Assembly: GCA_023382135.1 (NCBI GenBank)
Contig: JAMCQK010000127.1
Coordinates: forward strand, 1-41,598
Source: Deinococcus sp.
GTDB lineage: Bacteria; Deinococcota; Deinococci; Deinococcales; Thermaceae
Direction: 5' to 3'
DNA: 41,598 nucleotides
The notes below the pieces were generated by a model, which did no database searches, was not told the DNA's origin, and saw only the letters and a list, made by a program, of their open reading frames with translations. This document shows, piece by piece, positions 35,079 to 41,598 of this stretch; the first letter of the stretch is position 1, and every line of letters begins with the position of its first letter. Position numbers and translations under genes: made by a program.

Positions 35079-35657
35079 TTAGTCGCAAAGGCCAAGAAAC
35101 ATGCTGTGCAGGCGCGGGTCTCCGGTTAGCTCCGGATGAAAACTCGAGGCCAAAATTTTCCCTTGCCGAACGAAAACCACCTGGCCGCCTTTCTTGGCGA
35201 GCACTTCCAACCCCGGTCCGGTTTTTTGAATCACGGGCGCGCGAATAAATACCGCGTGAAACGGCCGGTCCAGGCCTTTGACCTCCAGGTCCTCCTCAAA
35301 ACTCTCCACCTGTCTGCCGAAGGCGTTGCGGTGGATGGAGATATCCAGAATCCCTGCCTTTAGCTGATCGGGGTAGCCGATAATCTCCTTTGCCAGCCAG
35401 ATAGCGCCAGCACAAGTGCCCCAAACCGCCAGGCTACCTTCTTCCACCCGGCGCCTCACCGCTTTGTCAAGATCATACTCCTTGGCCAGCTTGCCAATGG
35501 TGGTAGATTCACCGCCAGGAACAATCAAACCCGCAACTTCCCTAAGATGTTGGGGCTTACGAACCTCAACAACCTCAACTCCCAGGCCCTGCAGCATCAG
35601 CTTGTGCTCACGGAAGTCCCCTTGTAAAGCGAGAACGCCAATCTTCACGCCCCACAT
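35079..35657 (-). CDS. pdxT: pyridoxal 5'-phosphate synthase glutaminase subunit
   Basis: Contains KIGVLALQGDF, GGESTT, GTCAG and FHPE. The start is ATG 35657 or GTG 35648. The ORF-track TTG at 35684 is unlikely. Confidence 0.9.
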   Translation of the reverse strand: MWGVKIGVLALQGDFREHKLMLQGLGVEVVEVRKPQHLREVAGLIVPGGESTTIGKLAKEYDLDKAVRRRVEEGSLAVWGTCAGAIWLAKEIIGYPDQLKAGILDISIHRNAFGRQVESFEEDLEVKGLDRPFHAVFIRAPVIQKTGPGLEVLAKKGGQVVFVRQGKILASSFHPELTGDPRLHSMFLGLCD

Positions 35658-35690
35658 CGTCGAACGCCGGACGCAGAACGTCAATAGCTA

Positions 35691-35722
35691 AACAAAGCCC
35701 TCTCCCTATAAGCGGAGAGGGC
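35691..35722 (-). terminator. intrinsic-terminator-like hairpin between pdxS and pdxT
   Basis: On the minus strand GCCCTCTCC-GCTTATAG-GGAGAGGGC forms a perfect 9-bp stem, followed by TTTGTTT. Confidence 0.5.
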
Positions 35723-35746
35723 CTGGAGGCGAAGCCGCCAGTATGA

Positions 35747-36628
35747 TTACCAGCCGCGTTTAGCCAGCTTCTCTTCCTCGGGTAGGAAATCCAGGTTGAT
35801 GCCCACCATCGGCTCGCCCAGGTCTTCCGATACTTCTGCCAGAATCTCTGGATCGTTGTAATGTGTGACCGCGCGAACAATAGCCTTAGCCCGCTTCTTG
35901 GGGTCGCCGGACTTGAAGATGCCCGAGCCCACAAAAACGCCGTCCAGACCAAGATGCATCATCAGCGCGGCGTCGGCGGGTGTGGCCACGCCACCGGCGG
36001 CAAAGTTCACCACCGGCAGCTTGCCATTCTGGTGAATGTAACGCACCAACTCATAGGGGGCTTTTAGTTCCTTGGCCTCGGTCATCAGCTCGTCTTCGCG
36101 CAGGCTTTGAATCTTGCGGATGCCCCTGAGCACAGCCCGGGCATGGCGCACCGCTTCCACCACGTTGCCGGTGCCAGCCTCACCCTTGGTGCGGATCATG
36201 GAGGCGCCTTCCCCAATACGCCGCAGCGCTTCTCCAAGCTCGCGCGCTCCGCACACGAAAGGCACCTTGAAGGCGTGTTTGTCAATATGATGTTCCTCGT
36301 CGGCGGGGGTGAGCACCTCGGACTCGTCAATGAAGTCAACGCCTAAGGCCTCGAGGACTTGAGCCTCCACAAAATGCCCAATACGAGCCTTGGCCATGAC
36401 GGGAATCGAAACCGTTTTGATAATTTCCTTGATAACCTTTGGGTCCGACATCCGGGCAACTCCGCCCTGTACGCGGATATCAGCGGGCACACGCTCGAGC
36501 GCCATCACCGCGCAGGCACCCGCTTCCTCGGCGATTCTTGCCTGCTCAGCGTTGGTCACGTCCATAATGACCCCGCCCTTGAACATTTCCGCAAAGCCCA
36601 TCTTGACCCTCAGGGTGCCTTTCTCCAT
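35747..36628 (-). CDS. pdxS: pyridoxal 5'-phosphate synthase lyase subunit
   Basis: 293 aa with [18 protein letters not shown] and [10 protein letters not shown]. The sequence is highly conserved PdxS. Confidence 0.95.
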   Translation of the reverse strand: MEKGTLRVKMGFAEMFKGGVIMDVTNAEQARIAEEAGACAVMALERVPADIRVQGGVARMSDPKVIKEIIKTVSIPVMAKARIGHFVEAQVLEALGVDFIDESEVLTPADEEHHIDKHAFKVPFVCGARELGEALRRIGEGASMIRTKGEAGTGNVVEAVRHARAVLRGIRKIQSLREDELMTEAKELKAPYELVRYIHQNGKLPVVNFAAGGVATPADAALMMHLGLDGVFVGSGIFKSGDPKKRAKAIVRAVTHYNDPEILAEVSEDLGEPMVGINLDFLPEEEKLAKRGW

Positions 36629-36758
36629 CGCTTCCTCCAGACACTAGCTTATCGCCAAACCCCAGTGGGCGAAAGGTCTGGTGCGAACAATTGAGCCTGG
36701 CCTTATACAACAAAGAATCCGGGCATCACCGGGACTCTAGCATGAGACTTTCGCTTGA

Positions 36759-37979
36759 CTACGGCAGATATGCAAGCGGGTTTCGGGCCACCCCGCCAAC
36801 CCGGATCTCCAGGTGCAGGTGCGGTCCTGTGGACCAGCCGGTAGAGCCTATGTAGCCAATAAGCTGGCCGCGCTCCACCCACTGTCCGGACCTGACAGCA
36901 AAGCGCGAAAGGTGGCCGTACAGGGTCTCAACTCCGCCGCCGTTGTCAATGATGATGTGGTTCCCGTAACCGTAGCGGCTCCAGCCGGCAACCTCTACTT
37001 GGCCAGACTTTGCCGCATAAATGGGAGTGCCATAAGGCGCAGCAAGGTCGAGCCCGGTATGGTAACGCTGGTACACCCCCCTGCCGCCGAAATAGGTTGT
37101 GATGGTGAAGTTGCCCACTGGCCAACGGAAACCGTCGTCCGAGTAACCTACCTGGCGCAGGCGGGTAGCGGTGGCAGTCCGGCTGGCGTCCAGCTTCCGA
37201 AGAGAGCTTTGTGCCTGGGCAGTCCGCCTAGCCTCTTCCTGTTTTCGCCTCAGGGCGGCAAGCTGCTTCTGGCGCCGCTCTTCAGCAAGGCGCTTTTCCT
37301 CTAGTGCTTTGGCAATAAGTTCTTGGCGCCGTTTCTCCACCAGCCTGTCGAGGGTCGTACGCGCCATGACCCCCGGGATCAAAACCATGTCGCCGGGTTT
37401 TAGGTCCAGCGGGCTCCTAAGAGCGTTGGCTTTGGCAAGCCGTGGCACTGAAACGCCAAATTTCTCTGCCAGATCCATCAGTGTCTGGCCTTTCTGAACC
37501 TCCAGCAACAAACCTTTTTGGCCAGCAGTAACGTATAAAGTGCTGCCCTCTGCAAGGTGATCCAGGCTGGAGATGCCGGGGTTAGCGGAGACCATATCCA
37601 GAAGGCTGACGCCAAACTTGGCCGCCACTCTTTCCAGGGTGGCGCCGTTCATAACCCTGTACTCTTTGACCCCAGGGGGGAGCCGAACCTGGGCTTGGAG
37701 TTCGCCACTGAGAGGGATCTTAAGCTGCATCCCTGGGCGAAGAAGATCACTTTTCAGGCCGCTGGACCACATGATTGCGCGTGGGTCCACCCGGAACCTC
37801 TGGGCTATCTGTCCCAGAACATCGCCTGGACGGACTGTATACAACACCCAGCCCTTCTGAGCAGGGGCCTCGAGGACCACCTCGGTACCTGCAGAAGTTA
37901 TTGGCAGCTCCACTAGCGAGGAAACCAGAGGGACAAACGCAAAAACAGAGCCTAGTTTCAACCACTCTTGGGATGCCAA
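36759..37979 (-). CDS. LysM-repeat M23 family metallopeptidase
   Basis: Several LysM-like repeats (YTVRPGDVLGQIA, YRVMNGATLERVA, GQTLMDLAEKF), a charged linker and the M23 motifs HTGLDLAA and GPHLHLEI. The TTG start has AGGAGG 6 nt upstream. Confidence 0.88.
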   Translation of the reverse strand: MASQEWLKLGSVFAFVPLVSSLVELPITSAGTEVVLEAPAQKGWVLYTVRPGDVLGQIAQRFRVDPRAIMWSSGLKSDLLRPGMQLKIPLSGELQAQVRLPPGVKEYRVMNGATLERVAAKFGVSLLDMVSANPGISSLDHLAEGSTLYVTAGQKGLLLEVQKGQTLMDLAEKFGVSVPRLAKANALRSPLDLKPGDMVLIPGVMARTTLDRLVEKRRQELIAKALEEKRLAEERRQKQLAALRRKQEEARRTAQAQSSLRKLDASRTATATRLRQVGYSDDGFRWPVGNFTITTYFGGRGVYQRYHTGLDLAAPYGTPIYAAKSGQVEVAGWSRYGYGNHIIIDNGGGVETLYGHLSRFAVRSGQWVERGQLIGYIGSTGWSTGPHLHLEIRVGGVARNPLAYLP

Positions 37980-38037
37980 AGGTAATCCTCCTGAAAAGAG
38001 ACGCTAGACAACCCTAAGTAAGTATACATGACCTGGC

Positions 38038-39315
38038 TTACTTTCCGGCTAATGTTGCCAAGAATTCTTTATTGGAACTGGAACGGGAAAGCCGGGATAG
38101 CAGCATCTCCATGGCCTCGGCTGGGTCCATATCCGCTAAAACCTTGCGCAGGAGCCACATTTTCTGGATCACGTCCTCACCTAAAAGAAGTTCTTCCCTA
38201 CGAGTCCCTGACTTCATGATGTCGATAGCCGGGAATATCCTGCGTTCCTCTAGCCTGCGGGAAAGATGAAGCTCCATGTTGCCCGTCCCCTTAAACTCCT
38301 CAAAAATAACGTCGTCCATCCGGCTTCCGGTTTCAACTAAGGCCGTAGCCAAAATGGTGAGGCTGCCTCCGCCCCGGATATTGCGGGCGGCGCCAAGAAA
38401 GCGCTTGGGAAAGTGCAGCGCCGCCGAGTCGAGGCCGCCAGAGAGGGTCCGCCCGGTAGCTGGGGTAACCAGGTTGTTGGCTCGCGCAAGGCGGGTAATG
38501 GAGTCCAACAGGATGAGAACGTGCCCGCCCTCCTCCACTATCCTTCGTGAACGTTCGTGAACGAACTCGGCCACGCGGATATGGTTCTGGGGTGGTTCGT
38601 CGAAGGTGCTCGCTATCACCTCGGCGCCGTCCACCGACTCTCTAAAGTCGGTGACTTCTTCGGGCCTTTCGTCCACCAGCAGGACGATTACCTTAATCTC
38701 TTGTTCGTTTTTGAGGACGGCATTGGCAATTTTCTTGAGTAGGGTAGTCTTGCCCGCTTTAGGGGGGGCGACAATCAGACCGCGCTGGCCCCTGCCTATC
38801 GGCGCAAGGAGGTCTATTACCCTGGTTGAAAGTTCGGAAGCTGCGGTCTCGAGGATAATATGTTTGTCCGGAAACTGAGGAATGAGCTCGTCAAACTTAG
38901 GACGTTTTTGCGCCTCTTCCGGGCTCAGATTGTTAACAACCTCAACCCTTACCAAGGTACCAAAGCGTTCATTTTCACGCGGGGGGCGCGCTTTGCCCAC
39001 GATGAAATCTCCGGTTCGCAGCTGGTATTGCTTGATGAGCCCAGCGGATACAATCACGCTTCTAGAGTCCATGGCGTACAGGTTTTCCTGCAAGAAGCCG
39101 TACCCGTCGGGGCCAATTTCTAGGTAGCCCTTGGAAAGCTTAAGGCCTTCATCAGAGGCTTCTTGCTCCATAAGGGCCATGACCAGATCGTCTTTTCGGA
39201 GTTTTTTATAGTCCTCGATCCCCGCCCGGGCCGCGATTAGATGGAGCTCCGGCAGGATTTTCCCAGCCAGGTCTTGGTAGCTTAGTGGGGCTTCTTCGGC
39301 GGCTTTTCGCTTCAT
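38038..39315 (-). CDS. rho: transcription termination factor Rho
   Basis: 425 aa with an N-terminal Rho_N domain, an RNA-binding domain (GYGFL) and P-loop APPKAGKT. Confidence 0.95.
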   Translation of the reverse strand: MKRKAAEEAPLSYQDLAGKILPELHLIAARAGIEDYKKLRKDDLVMALMEQEASDEGLKLSKGYLEIGPDGYGFLQENLYAMDSRSVIVSAGLIKQYQLRTGDFIVGKARPPRENERFGTLVRVEVVNNLSPEEAQKRPKFDELIPQFPDKHIILETAASELSTRVIDLLAPIGRGQRGLIVAPPKAGKTTLLKKIANAVLKNEQEIKVIVLLVDERPEEVTDFRESVDGAEVIASTFDEPPQNHIRVAEFVHERSRRIVEEGGHVLILLDSITRLARANNLVTPATGRTLSGGLDSAALHFPKRFLGAARNIRGGGSLTILATALVETGSRMDDVIFEEFKGTGNMELHLSRRLEERRIFPAIDIMKSGTRREELLLGEDVIQKMWLLRKVLADMDPAEAMEMLLSRLSRSSSNKEFLATLAGK

Positions 39316-39959
39316 GATGGCTTCACCTTGGCCCAGTCTTCCAGAAAGCGCATCAGGCCGATCTCGGTGAGCGGGTGTTCCAGAAGCTGCTTGAAGACTT
39401 TGTAAGGCATGGTGGCAATGTCTGCCCCAGCAAGCGCGGCGTCGGTAACGTGGCGTGGATGGCGCACAGAGGCCGCAAGCAACCGGGTACCAATATCGTG
39501 CACAACAAAGATCTCGGCAATCTCACCAACCAAGCCCATGCCGTCCCAGGAGATGTCGTCAATCCTCCCCACAAAGGGGCTTACATAAGCGGCACCAGCC
39601 CTGGCAGCCAGCAGCGCCTGATTGGACGAGAAGACCAGGGTCATGTTGACCCGCAGGCCCTCGCTGGAAAGAGCCTTGCAAGCCTTGAGGCCTTCGGCGT
39701 TGGTGGGAAGCTTTACCACCACGTTAGGGTGAATAGCGGCAAGTTTTCGGCCCTCGGTAATCATTTCCGGGGCGCTGGTTACAGTCACCTCTGCGGATAC
39801 CGGACCGTTAACTATCTGGCAAATCTCCAGAATAGTTGGCGCCAAGGGCCTCCCAGACTTGGCGATAAGGCTTGGATTGGTGGTAACCCCGGACAGTACA
39901 CCCCATTCGGCGATTTCTTTAATTTCGCTTACTTCAGCGGTATCTAGATATAATTCCAT
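39312..39959 (-). CDS. tal: transaldolase / fructose-6-phosphate aldolase family protein (short type)
   Basis: 215 aa beginning MELYLDTA, with GVTTNPSL and the lysine in VVKLP. ATGA overlaps the rho start. Confidence 0.88.
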   Translation of the reverse strand: MELYLDTAEVSEIKEIAEWGVLSGVTTNPSLIAKSGRPLAPTILEICQIVNGPVSAEVTVTSAPEMITEGRKLAAIHPNVVVKLPTNAEGLKACKALSSEGLRVNMTLVFSSNQALLAARAGAAYVSPFVGRIDDISWDGMGLVGEIAEIFVVHDIGTRLLAASVRHPRHVTDAALAGADIATMPYKVFKQLLEHPLTEIGLMRFLEDWAKVKPS

Positions 39960-40064
39960 GTTTATAGTTCCCTGCCAGCAAAGTCAAGCAGCTGAACTAA
40001 TTGGCCTGACTGTGCCCGGCAAGGTAAAGTCTACCCCTAGCAGCCAAACAAAAGCAAGCCTGAA

Positions 40065-40094
40065 TTGACTCGACAGACGCTGAGTTGGTAGCAT
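40065..40094 (+). promoter_or_regulatory. candidate promoter of the ileS leader
   Basis: TTGACT (40065-40070), an 18-nt spacer, then TAGCAT (40089-40094) preceded by TGG (an extended -10-like element). Confidence 0.35.
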
Positions 40095-40099
40095 ATATC

Positions 40100-40438
40100 C
40101 AGTTGCTTGGCCAGGATCTTCAAGATTCGTAAACCAAGCAGCCAAGGCTAAGAAGGGGCTATCACCCTGGAGCCGTGGGAAGAAAGGAAGGTCAGAGGTC
40201 TAGCGTCCGAAGCCCGAACGTCTTTCATTCTGCTTTTGACGCCTAACCTCAGCCGCCCGAGTAGAACCTGCCGGGTCCGCCCGAAATAGCGGAAATGAGC
40301 GCCCAGGTTGCGGTAACTTTCGCTCGACGCCAAAAGTTTGGTCTTTGCGCTTGGTATTCGGCAGACCTGGGAACCGCGGTGGTACCACGGGAGCGAGCCT
40401 CTCGTCCGCGCCAAAAGTGGGTGCGGACATTTGCTTTT
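40100..40438 (+). promoter_or_regulatory. T-box riboswitch leader controlling ileS
   Basis: The T-box sequence GGTGGTACCACGG lies at 40378-40390. Antiterminator helix A1 pairs 40375-40379 with 40406-40410, and the 7-nt bulge UGGUACC is at 40380-40386. Helix A2 pairs 40387-40393 with 40399-40405. This structure is mutually exclusive with the downstream terminator. The 5' boundary is uncertain. Confidence 0.8.
40404..40438 (+). terminator. T-box attenuator terminator
   Basis: GTCCGCGCC (40404-40412) pairs with GGGTGCGGAC (40419-40428), giving a 9-bp stem with one G-U pair. It is followed by ATTTGCTTTT. The AAGGAGG Shine-Dalgarno sequence and ATG 40450 come next. Confidence 0.8.
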
Positions 40439-40449
40439 AAGGAGGCGGC

Positions 40450-41598
40450 ATGTTCAAAGAGGTTGGCCAAGACAAATTTCCCAAGTTAGAGGAAGAAATC
40501 CTGGCGTTCTGGAAAGACAAGCAGATTTTTGAGCAGTCTTCCCTGCGCGAGGGACCCGAGTTTGTGTTCTACGAGGGGCCACCCACAGCCAACGGACAAC
40601 CCGCCATGCATCACGTTCTGGCGCGGGCGTTTAAAGATTTGTTCCCCCGTTACAAGAGCATGCGCGGGTTTCACATCACTAGAAAGGGTGGCTGGGATAC
40701 CCACGGGCTGCCAGTTGAGATTAGCGTGGAAAAAAAGCTGGGGCTATTGGGACGCTCGCACGATAAATCAAGGGCGGAACTGGAGGAGTTTAACCGGCTT
40801 TGCCGCGATTCGGTATTCGAGAACATACAAGACTGGAAGTTTTTTACCGAGCGGATGGGGTACTGGGTAAACCTCGAGGATGCCTACGTTACCTACCACA
40901 ACGAGTACATAGAGTCGGTATGGAACCTTTTAAAAAGACTTTGGGACAAAGGCCTGATCACGCAGGACTACAAAGTGGTGCCGCTCTCACCCAGGATCTC
41001 GACCACGCTCTCAGCAAACGAAATTGCCGATGGCTACAAAGAGGTGGACGACCCCAGCGTTTACGTGCGCTTCCCGCTGAAGCTAGAATCCACGCCGGAT
41101 GCTGTGAGATTGGAACTCGAAAAGCAGGGCGTCAAAATTGAGTCCCTGGCAAACCTTGCGCTGCTGGTCTGGACCACTACTCCTTGGACCCTGCCCTCGA
41201 ACACTATGGCCGCTGTCAATCCAGCGCTGGAGTATGTGGTCGCCAACTCACCGATGGGTCCGCTTGTGGTTGCCGCTGAAGCAATGGAAAGAGTGGCATC
41301 GCTACATCCCGAAAGTCCCGCCCTGGAAGTGCGAGCTAAACTCAAAGGCTCGCTATTGGAGTACTGGGAGTACCAGCCTCCCTTTCCGGAAGTGGCGCCC
41401 GAGCTGGGGGTCCGGGGCAAGATGCACTTTGTTGCACTGGCGGACTTTGTAAGCACCGAAGACGGTTCCGGCATCGCCCACGAAGCGCCGGTTTACGGCG
41501 CGGAAGACCTGGTGCTCTCGCGGCAGTACGGTGTTCCGCTGATTTTCGGGACCGACGATCACGGCATCATGCAGGCGACAACCGAAAAGGGAAAATTC
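40450..41598 (+). CDS. ileS: isoleucyl-tRNA synthetase, 5' partial (runs off the window)
   Basis: I translated 383 codons by hand and found no stop. The sequence contains PPTANGQPAMHHVLAR (HIGH region), GWDTHGLP and WTTTPWTLPSN. It is absent from the ORF track because no stop lies inside the window. Confidence 0.92.
   Translation, partial: MFKEVGQDKFPKLEEEILAFWKDKQIFEQSSLREGPEFVFYEGPPTANGQPAMHHVLARAFKDLFPRYKSMRGFHITRKGGWDTHGLPVEISVEKKLGLLGRSHDKSRAELEEFNRLCRDSVFENIQDWKFFTERMGYWVNLEDAYVTYHNEYIESVWNLLKRLWDKGLITQDYKVVPLSPRISTTLSANEIADGYKEVDDPSVYVRFPLKLESTPDAVRLELEKQGVKIESLANLALLVWTTTPWTLPSNTMAAVNPALEYVVANSPMGPLVVAAEAMERVASLHPESPALEVRAKLKGSLLEYWEYQPPFPEVAPELGVRGKMHFVALADFVSTEDGSGIAHEAPVYGAEDLVLSRQYGVPLIFGTDDHGIMQATTEKGKF

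Noticed and set aside
40136-40148. SRP (4.5S) RNA, because AAGCAGCCAAGGC matches the conserved 3' side of SRP helix 8
   Set aside because: The partner 5' strand (AGGUCAGGUCC) and the GGAA tetraloop are missing. The segment is more simply part of the ileS T-box leader.

Overview
The window is 41.6 kb of mostly housekeeping chromosome. Gene content suggests a Deinococcus-Thermus (Thermaceae-like) bacterium: a short 196-aa EF-Ts, an M29 aminopeptidase T, a 439-aa AsnRS and a type-2 IleRS. This placement is inference only.

Gene order is as follows:
- cdsA-frr-pyrH-tsf-rpsB (minus strand), then tRNA-Ala(UGC).
- An FAD oxidoreductase and aminopeptidase T.
- trpB-trpA followed by a translationally coupled orphan DNA methyltransferase, then an aminotransferase.
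- tpiA-pgk-gap (minus strand).
- smpB, a cell-wall amidase, a GerMN protein and smc.
- ribD-ribE-ribBA-ribH.
- A tyrosine recombinase next to a frameshifted HNH endonuclease remnant.
- hisS-aspS-phzF-HAD-HAD-serine hydrolase.
- A small XRE cassette, then asnS.
- pdxT-pdxS, a LysM/M23 peptidase, and rho with a transaldolase-family gene (all minus strand).
- A T-box leader and the 5' part of ileS.

I found no CRISPR array, rRNA gene or large defence island. The observations most worth a second look are:
1. A perfect 861-bp in-frame tandem duplication inside trpB, with a 4-bp GCGC junction microhomology.
2. Strong over-representation of the palindrome CCTCGAGG / GGCCTCGAGGCC across the window, with CTCGAG-free tracts over compositionally odd segments.
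3. An orphan beta-class DNA methyltransferase fused into the trp operon.
4. A Xer-like recombinase flanked by a four-half-site TTACCA/TGGTAA array at exact 12-bp spacing, plus an AT-rich frameshifted HNH gene.
5. A canonical T-box antiterminator/terminator switch upstream of ileS.
6. An XRE cassette with a palindromic operator over its -35 box, and a GC3-rich membrane gene that appears frameshifted.

All motif counts are hand scans and should be recomputed.
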